The position numbers were made by a program, and so were the translations under genes. Under the pieces are notes generated by a model, which was not told where the DNA came from, made no database searches, and was given only the letters and a program-made list of their open reading frames with translations. DNA of 64,000 nucleotides, taken from Desulfovibrionaceae bacterium. GTDB lineage: Bacteria > Desulfobacterota > Desulfovibrionia > Desulfovibrionales > Desulfovibrionaceae. Positions 27,655 through 36,157 of this stretch are shown here, piece after piece; positions within the stretch are counted from its first letter, which is position 1, and each line of letters begins with the position of its first letter. The stretch covers positions 121,352 through 185,351 of the forward strand of contig JBOFIJ010000006.1 in assembly GCA_051650105.1 (NCBI GenBank), read 5' to 3'.

Positions 27655-28839
27655 ATGGGTAGACGGTGTCCTATTTGTGATAGTTCCAATAAAAGTCATA
27701 TTTCTGTCTTGTGTGATACTATGAAGATATTGGGTAGTTCTTTTCCAGAAAGTAGTAGTAATAATGTGGAATGTAGTGCTTGTGGTTGTGTGTATGTGGA
27801 TATGGAAGCAGTGCAGGATAATTTTACTACATACTATAGAGCTATTGCAAAATCGATTTCTTATAATACTATTTTTGGCAAAGAGAATACCAATACATAT
27901 TATGGTATGATATGGACTGCCTTAGAGAAATATGTACAGATGCATTCTTGTAAAAAAGAGGATATTGCAATTCTTGATGTGGGGTGTGGCTTTGGTGAAT
28001 TTATTGAATATTTACAAAATAGGGGTTATTGTAACGTACAGGGAGTGGAGCTTTCAGAGGAATGTGTTTCCAAAGCTAAAGAAAAAGGCTTACGTGTCAC
28101 TAAAGCAGATATTGTAAATGAGGAAGACTGCATAAAAGATCAATTTGATATCATTATATTTAGTCATGTGGGAGAACATATAGTAGATTTTAAAAAGGCT
28201 ATTGAGAACCTTAAAAAATTACTTAATAATGATGGATATCTTTATATGGAATTTCCCGATGCAAGAAAATATTGTGATGTTGATTTTGGTGCTTATTTCT
28301 TTACTACATACGAACATGTTATGCATGTAACAGACAAGACATTGCAAAATATTGCTTTAGTACATTCTTTAACATTGTTATCGTTTGATACATATCAAAA
28401 ATTAGATAAATATTATGTTATATTTGGAATATATAAGAAATCCTTTGAAGAAAAAACCAGCTCTTGTTTTTATGATACTACTGCAAAAGAGGCTTTTATG
28501 CAATACGAAGCTTTTTCGCAGGTAAAAATACCTTCTTTTGTGAAAGAATTAGAAGAATCACAAGAAGAAATTATTTTGTGGGGAATTGGTGCTTCCACTG
28601 CTATTTTACTTAGTAAAGTATTTCATTCTCATAATGTTATATATCTAATAGATTCTAATACACAAAGGCAAGGAATAGTATTTTGTATAAATAATAAGAA
28701 AGTGTCGGTAGAAGCTCCTAGTGCAATACAGAATTCTGTTGCTACCATAGTGGTGCTTCCGGAAATATATGGTACTGCTATAAAAAAAGAGCTTTATGAA
28801 GCAGGCTATAAAAATAATGTGCTATTACTTTCTATGTGA
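27655..28839 (+). CDS. NDP-hexose C-methyltransferase-like protein (Zn ribbon + class I SAM MTase + C-methyltransferase C-terminal domain; TylCIII architecture)
   Basis: N-terminal CPICDS..CSACG, SAM motif ILDVGCGFGEF, and a C-terminal Rossmann-like block ILWGIGASTAILL..LIDSNTQRQG typical of the Methyltransf_14 domain. Confidence 0.7.
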   Translation: MGRRCPICDSSNKSHISVLCDTMKILGSSFPESSSNNVECSACGCVYVDMEAVQDNFTTYYRAIAKSISYNTIFGKENTNTYYGMIWTALEKYVQMHSCKKEDIAILDVGCGFGEFIEYLQNRGYCNVQGVELSEECVSKAKEKGLRVTKADIVNEEDCIKDQFDIIIFSHVGEHIVDFKKAIENLKKLLNNDGYLYMEFPDARKYCDVDFGAYFFTTYEHVMHVTDKTLQNIALVHSLTLLSFDTYQKLDKYYVIFGIYKKSFEEKTSSCFYDTTAKEAFMQYEAFSQVKIPSFVKELEESQEEIILWGIGASTAILLSKVFHSHNVIYLIDSNTQRQGIVFCINNKKVSVEAPSAIQNSVATIVVLPEIYGTAIKKELYEAGYKNNVLLLSM

Positions 28840-29042
28840 AATATACTTTTGCTATATACTGTAAAAGAATAGGGTATTTAGAAAAAGATATAGTGGTATT
28901 TTTGTGGAGTACAAAAGAAAATAAATGCAAGAGTAGATGATAATTAACTATATGGGAAGCCATTAAAATTCTTGATCTTTATGATATTGTTTTGTACCAT
29001 AGTGCCCATATCTACATCCTTTTTATAAAGATAAACCTTATA

Positions 29043-30008
29043 ATGCAGACAAAAATATCTTCTCCATCCATTCAATCAACAAATCATACTACAGATGAAC
29101 GTGCTCTTGTTAGTATAACCATACCTACATATAATCGCGTAGACCTTCTTAAACTATGTTTAGAGAGTGCTGTATCACAAACATACGGTAATCTTGAAAT
29201 TATCGTTGCGGATAATCACTCAACAGACGGCACAGAAGAGTTATGTATGGAATATAAAAAACATGATTCTAGAATACGCTATTATAGACATGAAAAGAAT
29301 TTTGGTGGACAGTATAATATTAATTTTCTTTGTAAAAAAGCCACTGGTAACTATTTTTATTCTTTAAATGACGACGATTTTATATGCAATAATACAATTA
29401 TGAGATCTGTGTCTGTTTTGGAAAAAGATCCACAGTGCTCTGTAGTGTATGGAGCAACCAAATTATATAATATTGATGGTACTCTCAAATACTTTGAGAA
29501 GCATAACGATATTGTGGGAAATACTTTTGGGGAACGTGTGAGATCATTTTGTAAGCGTGGCCACGCATTACCTGTTACAACAGGGCTTATGAGAAAAGAA
29601 AATATTGATGCTGTAGGTGGCCAGGGAAGTTCTTTTTGTGAAGATCAACTATACATAGTAAAAATGTTTTATTTTGGCACAATGTTATTTCTTGATGATA
29701 TTTTTTTTCATAAAACTACTAAATGCAGTACTACTGTTACTTTGGACGCAATGAAAGAAGAGTATATTCTTCCAAGTGATATGCATTCAGGAAATTATAT
29801 GCATAAACTTACTTTGGAATATATGCATTCTATATTATATGATCCTTTTTATGAATTAAGACTGCAAAATGATGAAAAAATGGAATTAATATACTCTATA
29901 GTATTAGCATTTAATGATATTAATCAAAGTAGTACTAAAAAAAGTAGTACTAAAAAAAGGAGTAAATTAGCTAAAATAATGCGCATTATAAAGGGAAAAG
30001 AAATATGA
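29043..30008 (+). CDS. Family 2 glycosyltransferase
   Basis: VSITIPTYNRVDLLKLCLESAVSQTY..IIVADNHSTDGT and a DDD motif. The ATG at 29043 is preferred over the upstream TTG at 28992. Confidence 0.8.
   Translation: MQTKISSPSIQSTNHTTDERALVSITIPTYNRVDLLKLCLESAVSQTYGNLEIIVADNHSTDGTEELCMEYKKHDSRIRYYRHEKNFGGQYNINFLCKKATGNYFYSLNDDDFICNNTIMRSVSVLEKDPQCSVVYGATKLYNIDGTLKYFEKHNDIVGNTFGERVRSFCKRGHALPVTTGLMRKENIDAVGGQGSSFCEDQLYIVKMFYFGTMLFLDDIFFHKTTKCSTTVTLDAMKEEYILPSDMHSGNYMHKLTLEYMHSILYDPFYELRLQNDEKMELIYSIVLAFNDINQSSTKKSSTKKRSKLAKIMRIIKGKEI
29928..29957 (+). repeat. Perfect 15-bp tandem duplication inside the GT2 C-terminal tail
   Basis: agtagtactaaaaaa occurs twice and encodes SSTKK-SSTKK, in frame. 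Confidence 0.9.
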
Positions 30009-30011
30009 TAT

Positions 30012-31256
30012 ATGGCTGATGTATATAGAATCCTTCATATTGCACCACATTTTGGTGGTGGTATTGGAAGTACATTATCCACATGGCTGTCTTCTGATAC
30101 AAGTGCTATTCACAGTGTGGCATTGTTAGAATATGCAAATGAAAAAGCAATTGCTCTTAGTAGAGAGTATTCAATTTTCTTAATTGATAATATGCATTCC
30201 AAAATAGAAGATCTATTACAATTAATGGAAAATGCTGATATTGTGATTATACATTTTTGGAATCATCCTTTTTTATATAATTTCTTGGTGCGGTATAGAA
30301 TGCCAAAATCAAGAATAATTATATGGTCTCATATTTCTGGTATAGCATATCCCAATAGTATTCCTCAATCTATACTTACATATGGTAATAAATGTATTTT
30401 CACAACAGAAGCCAGTTTTCATTATATTGATGCTCCTAAAGGCCCACGATACGAAACTATTCTTTCTATTGCTTCTCTTGGTCGTTATAATAATACAGTG
30501 CCTAAAAAAAGGGCTTCTCCATTTACTATAGGTTATGTTGGTACTGTAAGTTATCTTAAAATGCATCCAGATTATATAAATATTCATAAAAGAACATCGG
30601 CAGATAGCATTATTATAGTTGGCGGAGATTCTGAACATGAAATAGCACAAGAAGCTGATTCTCGTTTTATTTTTACAGGAAAAGTAGATAGTGTTTTTAC
30701 TTATTTAGAAAAAATGGACGTTTTTGCTTATTTACTGCATCCCAAGCATTACGGAACGTCTGAGCATGTTTTACAGGAAGCATTATCTGCTGGAGTTGTT
30801 CCTGTTGTATTGAATAATCTCAGTGAATCCTATTTAATTCAGCATGCTATAACAGGATTTATTGCAAATACTATTGATGAATATATTGAATACATTGCTC
30901 TTTTAAAAAAGGATGTCCATCTATATAATATGTTTTCTAAAAACGCTAAGAAATATGCACAGGAATATTTCTCTATAAATACCATGATTACTGCTTGGAA
31001 AAGAGTATTTGAGAAGGTAATGGAAGAAGAAAAAAAGGAATATATCTGGAATACACAAAAACGAAGCTATACATCGCTTGAAATATTTTTGGAAAGTATA
31101 GGGAAATATGCACCTATGTTTTTGCAAGATGGAGAAGTCTGTTCTGCAAAATATTCTTTACATGAGGAGCATAAAGGTTTTCCTGGGCATTATTATAGGT
31201 TATTGGGTGGAGAAGAGCTTTATAATCTCATTCATTCAGCAACGGGTAGCAAATAG
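30012..31256 (+). CDS. GT-B fold (family 4-like) glycosyltransferase
   Basis: C-terminal EX7E-type block GTSEHVLQEALSAGVVPVV, 414 aa. Confidence 0.7.
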   Translation: MADVYRILHIAPHFGGGIGSTLSTWLSSDTSAIHSVALLEYANEKAIALSREYSIFLIDNMHSKIEDLLQLMENADIVIIHFWNHPFLYNFLVRYRMPKSRIIIWSHISGIAYPNSIPQSILTYGNKCIFTTEASFHYIDAPKGPRYETILSIASLGRYNNTVPKKRASPFTIGYVGTVSYLKMHPDYINIHKRTSADSIIIVGGDSEHEIAQEADSRFIFTGKVDSVFTYLEKMDVFAYLLHPKHYGTSEHVLQEALSAGVVPVVLNNLSESYLIQHAITGFIANTIDEYIEYIALLKKDVHLYNMFSKNAKKYAQEYFSINTMITAWKRVFEKVMEEEKKEYIWNTQKRSYTSLEIFLESIGKYAPMFLQDGEVCSAKYSLHEEHKGFPGHYYRLLGGEELYNLIHSATGSK

Positions 31257-31632
31257 TAAATACTGTTATATAGCATGAATATAAGTATAATGAGATTGCA
31301 ACATAAGAAAACAATATAGCTATATAATAGAAAAAGAAAATGTAGAAAGGATATTACAACTACGAGATATTGTTATCTTTGTAATGAGCATTTGCTAAGA
31401 AATTATGTATTCTAAAGAATAGCTGTTTTTTTGTAGAATCGAATACTAGATAATTTTCTTGTGAGCAGAAGAAGAGAATATATGAAGGTATATCCCAAAA
31501 AGTACGATTCTTATTATTGCATAAGCATAGAGCATACAGTATTGTTTGAATAGATACAATATGAAGTAGGAATACGTGTAGTAATATATTTTCTAAGAGG
31601 TACTCTATTTACAGTATAAAGATGTACAAATA

Positions 31633-32064
31633 CTAGGATTTTTTTTCAAAATCTTGGAAATCCAATTCTTCAAAAGAAATAAGATTTGGTAAGGGGTCTT
31701 TTTTATGCTGGAGTTTTAAGCGTGCATCAATGTGTTGTAGTGTATATCCTTTGTGTGTAATATAAGAAACCTGTATACAGTCTAATTTCTGCGTAAATAA
31801 TAAAAATTTACCCGTGGTACCATCATCAAGAATAGTAACAAGAGAATCACTTAATTGATCCAAAAATTTGAGTGGTAATAATATTGGTAACATACAAGAA
31901 AGAGTGAATGAATCTGTGAGTGATTCTGTCACAAAATCAAAACAGGAAACATTAAAAAAAAGTTCCTCTAAAAGTTCCAATATCTGTGATTCAACAGAAG
32001 CCATTTGTGCAAAGGTGAGATTGTCCTTATAAAAGAAAATCCCTTTTAAAGTATATGATTGCAT
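31633..32064 (-). CDS. Hypothetical acidic protein (143 aa), downstream of ssb
   Basis: ORF co-oriented with ssb, 52 nt downstream of it. No motif recognised. Confidence 0.5.
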   Translation of the reverse strand: MQSYTLKGIFFYKDNLTFAQMASVESQILELLEELFFNVSCFDFVTESLTDSFTLSCMLPILLPLKFLDQLSDSLVTILDDGTTGKFLLFTQKLDCIQVSYITHKGYTLQHIDARLKLQHKKDPLPNLISFEELDFQDFEKKS

Positions 32065-32116
32065 GTAAGAAACTCCTCATTATACGTCGCAAAGAATACG
32101 TCGATTGAAAAACATG

Positions 32117-32536
32117 CTAAAATGGAACTTCATCCATAGAACTCGATTCCGTTGGGAAGGAAGGAGAGAAGGAATCATTTTGTTCTGGAAGAGAGCCTTC
32201 CGTATCGGCATTTCTTCTTTCTAAGAATTGGAATCGTGTGCCTTTAATTTCAGTTGTATAGCGCTTTTGTCCATGTTGATCGTCCCAGGAGCGTGTTTGT
32301 AATGCTCCTTCCAGATAGATAAGGCTGCCTTTCTGAAGATATTGTGCACAAATTTCTGCTTGTTTCTGGAAAAAAATAATTGTATGCCATTCTGTCTTTT
32401 CTTGTTTATTTCCGTCTTTATCCGTATAGTTTTCTGAAGTGGCAAGAGAAAACGATGTTACAGGAATACCGCTTTGTGTGTACTTAAGTTCTGGAGTTTT
32501 ACCTAGACGACCTATTAACATTACTTTGTTCAACAT
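32117..32536 (-). CDS. ssb: Single-stranded DNA-binding protein
   Basis: OB-fold N-terminus MLNKVMLIGRLGKTPELKYT, a disordered tail and the acidic tip MDEVPF. Confidence 0.92.
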   Translation of the reverse strand: MLNKVMLIGRLGKTPELKYTQSGIPVTSFSLATSENYTDKDGNKQEKTEWHTIIFFQKQAEICAQYLQKGSLIYLEGALQTRSWDDQHGQKRYTTEIKGTRFQFLERRNADTEGSLPEQNDSFSPSFPTESSSMDEVPF

Positions 32537-32541
32537 AATTA

Positions 32542-32889
32542 TTACTCCTTATGTGCTGTATTTAGCGTCTTTTCCAATTCTAACAGCGACTCTTCCAATG
32601 AGATAGCAATTGTGGTTGCTTTAGAAGGTTCCCAATTGGATAGAGATATTTCTAACTCTTTGTGCAACGTAACTACTCTATTTATAGGTATATGTAAAGT
32701 TTTTTCTTCTTCTTTGTTAAGGTGTATTGTTAGATTAGAAAGGTCATCTATTATCCGTGGAATTGTTGGGGGAGAAGAATAAAAATTTTTATTTGGATAT
32801 AATTTATCTAGTAATTTTGGTAACATTTTCTCTATTATTGAAGGGTCTGGAGTGTATGCCATAACACGAATTTGTAATAACGTATTCAT
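32542..32889 (-). CDS. Hypothetical protein (115 aa), immediately upstream of ssb
   Basis: ORF ending 5 nt before the ssb start. No motif recognised. Confidence 0.5.
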   Translation of the reverse strand: MNTLLQIRVMAYTPDPSIIEKMLPKLLDKLYPNKNFYSSPPTIPRIIDDLSNLTIHLNKEEEKTLHIPINRVVTLHKELEISLSNWEPSKATTIAISLEESLLELEKTLNTAHKE

Positions 32890-32903
32890 AAAAGTCTTCC
32901 TTT

Positions 32904-33569
32904 TTATAAAGTATAGCGTACACCAACAAATACTTCAGCTACTTGTAAGGATGAAAGTAGCCTTATTTGGCTACCTTTTTTTTGATTTCCTAGTGATGTA
33001 TAGCGAGTTTGTACGTCTATTGCCAATGTTTTATTTATATAAAATGCTGCACCTAGGGTTGCCATCCATGCAAGATCTATATTAGATCCTTTTTTTGTAT
33101 ATAGTGAGGAGGAATGTTTAGATTCCACAATTGAAATACCTACACCGATACCAATATAGGGCACAAAAAATGTGGAAGTATTGGCATCTAAAAATACATT
33201 GAGTAGCGCAGTCTGTGCAAGGTAATTTACAGATATTGTATCTGTTTGAGAAGATGCAGAAATACCTTGTATAGGAAAACGTGTTTGCAGGCGAAAAGCA
33301 TATTCGGCTTCTCCGCGTACTGCTATATATTTCATAGAATAATAAGAACCTAAAGAGAAGCTAGCTGCGCCTGTTGATGTGAATTCGGTATATTCTTTTC
33401 CTGTTGCTGGAATAATATACGGTCCTTTAAGTTTTAGTGGCTTTGCCCATAATCCTGTGTATCCCAGTTTGAAAGAGAAATAATTTTGTATAGGGTACAA
33501 CTTTGCATGGAGTACAACAGGAGAAAATAACAGAGAAATATAGAGGAATACACTTATTACATATTTCAT
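32904..33569 (-). CDS. Small outer-membrane beta-barrel protein (OmpW/Opa-like class)
   Basis: Signal peptide MKYVISVFLYISLLFSPVVLHA, alternating amphipathic strands, and an aromatic-rich C-terminal strand VFVGVRYTL. Confidence 0.6.
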   Translation of the reverse strand: MKYVISVFLYISLLFSPVVLHAKLYPIQNYFSFKLGYTGLWAKPLKLKGPYIIPATGKEYTEFTSTGAASFSLGSYYSMKYIAVRGEAEYAFRLQTRFPIQGISASSQTDTISVNYLAQTALLNVFLDANTSTFFVPYIGIGVGISIVESKHSSSLYTKKGSNIDLAWMATLGAAFYINKTLAIDVQTRYTSLGNQKKGSQIRLLSSLQVAEVFVGVRYTL

Positions 33570-34108
33570 TTAGGAAGCTCTTTTGGGAAAAAATGGGTAG
33601 AATTTTCTAAATCTTCTTTAGAAACAAGAAGAAAAAGTCCTTCTTGAAGGGAACCTATTTTTATAGGATTACAATTTCCTTTGGAAACACCCACTCTTTT
33701 CCAATGAAACTCCATACCACAATGTCTGCATTCAAAAAACGGAGCCACATAATTATAGCCTTTATTGAATGTATAACATGTAGTACAGGCATCTAACACA
33801 GCTCTGTAAGAATCAACATCTTTTACAACAAAAAAACGTACTATATGTTTCTCTTTATTTATTATAACGGGATACGTAAAAAAAGCGGCTCTGCTTTCAT
33901 TTAAGAGAGAGAGCGGAATAGCAACTGCCGCGCTTGTGGAGATTTCTAAATGTGTATTGGGGATCCCTTCTGGAGCAATGAAATTTATATTTTCCTTTTG
34001 TCCTTGCTTTATAAAGTAAGTGTTATTTCTATTAAGAAAGATAAACACTGTAAGAAGGGTAAGTAGTATGATAATTGTGGTAATAAGTATTTTTATAAAA
34101 GAATACAT
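33566..34108 (-). CDS. DUF2318-like membrane-anchored Cys-rich protein
   Basis: One N-terminal TM helix. The soluble domain has DACTTCY..FECRHCGMEF..GNCNPIKI, matching the DUF2318 Cys pattern. A GAGG Shine-Dalgarno lies 4 nt before ATG 34108, and the ORF track extends to 34171. Confidence 0.6.
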   Translation of the reverse strand: MYSFIKILITTIIILLTLLTVFIFLNRNNTYFIKQGQKENINFIAPEGIPNTHLEISTSAAVAIPLSLLNESRAAFFTYPVIINKEKHIVRFFVVKDVDSYRAVLDACTTCYTFNKGYNYVAPFFECRHCGMEFHWKRVGVSKGNCNPIKIGSLQEGLFLLVSKEDLENSTHFFPKELPK

Positions 34109-34981
34109 AAAGCCTCTAAGTTTAATCAAAAAATCCTTAAGGAGTATACTGTATTCATATAAATTTGGCAAGCATGCTCTTTTTCTGGAGATTTTTTTCT
34201 GTTTTGTGTGCTAATGAATATATACTTGCCTCGTGATATATGGTGTGTATTGTAAAAATTATATTTATATAAAGAGTATAGTATTATTGTGATATTTGTG
34301 GCCTTTATTAGGTATCTTTTTTATTCATTGTAGTTCTATCACATAGAATAGTAATATGGTGTGTTGGAGGCACAGGAATAGAGCATAATCCTTTGTGAGA
34401 TGCTGTTTATATTGTATGTATTATTGAGATATGTATTATTGCTTTGAATTATGCTATTTGTATAAAGGTAAAGAAAGGAGAAAGACAGATATTTTTTTTG
34501 AAAAAGTTTTTATTACGCGTTATTCCTAATAATGCATAGACTATTTTTTCTATGTTGAGAAAAGATATTCTGTGGGTGAACAAAAATTAATGCATGGTAG
34601 ATTATATCTTGTTTATCATAGGGACTATACTTGAAAATTAAGAAGTACCTATAGAGACATACACGTATGATAATAGAAGAAAAAGTATTTTTGTAGAGTA
34701 TAGCATTGCTATAATGCGATATTATGTATTAATGGAGTCTTCTGTTGTTCTATATAAATTATAAAAAAAGAGGCAATGAGAGCATATGATAGTACAAGAA
34801 AATAATATGCTTTCCTAAAAGAGAATAGGTATTGAGAAGAGATAGTCTATATTAAAAAATTACTAAATGCCATTGTATCAAGAGACGATAAAAATAGTCC
34901 TTTTATTATTACTATAAGAATGTTTAATTCTTCGAACAATATTTGGGGTTACGTGTGCTGTATACTATTATGATGAGAAGA

Positions 34982-35311
34982 TCAGTGGTATTGGTAGGGA
35001 GCAAATTTATGCTTAGGATCCTCTGCAATAATTCTATACTCTATACCAAAACCATCAAAACCAATATCTGCTTGGGTGTATCCCAATGCCTTACCTAAAC
35101 CCAAACGTATTTGCTCGGCCAATAAATCCACACCACCATGACTCTTTATTTTTGATATTCTCGCTGAAACACCGTTTTCCACCTGAATAGGAATATTTAC
35201 TTCCATTAAATAAGGAATAGCGCTTTGTGTTATTATCCACTCCCATGTCCTAATAGCATCGTACTGAATTTTTCTTACCATTGCTAAAGAATGCGCTATT
35301 ATTTCATCCAT
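34982..35311 (-). pseudogene. Remnant of a biotin carboxylase (AccC / pyruvate carboxylase ATP-grasp) domain
   Basis: PYLMEVNIPIQVENGVS compares with the canonical FYFIEMNTRIQVEHPVT. VDLLAEQIRLGLGKAL..GFGIEYRIIAEDP compares with VDLVKEQIRIAAGEPL..GHAIECRINAEDP. Only ~109 of ~450 residues remain, and catalytic Arg and His positions are changed. Confidence 0.75.
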
Positions 35312-35406
35312 TACTTTTTGTAGATTGGGGGAAGCGATACCATAGGAGAATACTATTTTTTAAAAAGTATAAGGATAGGAGCATATTTTCTAAAAGAAGA
35401 CATATA

Positions 35407-36144
35407 TTATTGTACACGTTGAGTACGTACATTGTGCGGTATACGTAGAATTAAATTATCTTCTGTAACAGGGTAACTATGTTCCAATCTTGTTACTTTT
35501 GTAGTAAGACTATGTCCTTTTTTATGCTGTGCTAAAAGCCCTATAATTCTTCCCTGATTCACCATATATTCTATTTTCCATCCAGTGGAATCCTGCCATG
35601 AGATATGGTTGTTATCATAACTTATGTATAGAGATTGTATAGTAGGGCTGTTTCCAGGTGTTAAAATAAACGTAATTCCATTTTTTCCAGGAAGGGTTGT
35701 ATAGTATTTTGAATAGACACGAGAGGCATTTCCTGTAAGTATCGCGAAGAAATCTTCCAAGGTGAATGGCATTTCTAGCCCTATGGATGAAAAGAGTTTT
35801 GTATAGTCTTTTGTATCGATTATATATGCTGTTTTTTGTGGAATGACATAGACAACACTTTCTGAAAGGCCTTCATATGCTTTTATTAGAGGTGTTTTAA
35901 AAGGGGTTAAGATATCTATTCTTGAAATACCTTTTGCATTTCCCCAAGATATTGCTTGAAGTGTTGGTGATGCAAAAGAAGTTGTTTTAATTCGTATACT
36001 CTGTTCCATTCTAAAAGGAGAGAATGTAGATGGGTTGTTATTAACAAAGCGATTCCATACATTTTTTGCTGAAATAGGTGGATCATACTGTGAAGCGATT
36101 TCTCCGCTTTTTGTTGCACAGGAGGATAGAACAAGAGTGAGCAT
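35407..36144 (-). CDS. LolB/DUF4292-like outer-membrane lipoprotein
   Basis: Lipobox LVLSSC. ATG 36144 lies just after the TPR gene stop. The ORF-track start at 36273 would overlap the TPR gene by 116 nt. Adjacency to a TPR lipoprotein is typical of this family (from memory). Confidence 0.5.
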   Translation of the reverse strand: MLTLVLSSCATKSGEIASQYDPPISAKNVWNRFVNNNPSTFSPFRMEQSIRIKTTSFASPTLQAISWGNAKGISRIDILTPFKTPLIKAYEGLSESVVYVIPQKTAYIIDTKDYTKLFSSIGLEMPFTLEDFFAILTGNASRVYSKYYTTLPGKNGITFILTPGNSPTIQSLYISYDNNHISWQDSTGWKIEYMVNQGRIIGLLAQHKKGHSLTTKVTRLEHSYPVTEDNLILRIPHNVRTQRVQ

Positions 36145-36157
36145 AAGAAAAAAAACT

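Noticed and set aside
29701-29708. Homopolymeric tracts as phase-variation switches. Examples: T8 in the GT2 gene at 29701, A8 in the ABC-F gene near 13912, and the T8 tract near 36245 inside the TPR gene (A8 on its coding strand).
   Set aside because: Runs of 8 are expected by chance in DNA this AT-rich. They occur equally in housekeeping genes.
21248-31256. tRNA-Leu-flanked genomic island interpretation of the sugar cluster.
   Set aside because: The tRNA 3' end points away from the cluster. I see no integrase, no direct repeat of the tRNA 3' end, and no obvious compositional break.
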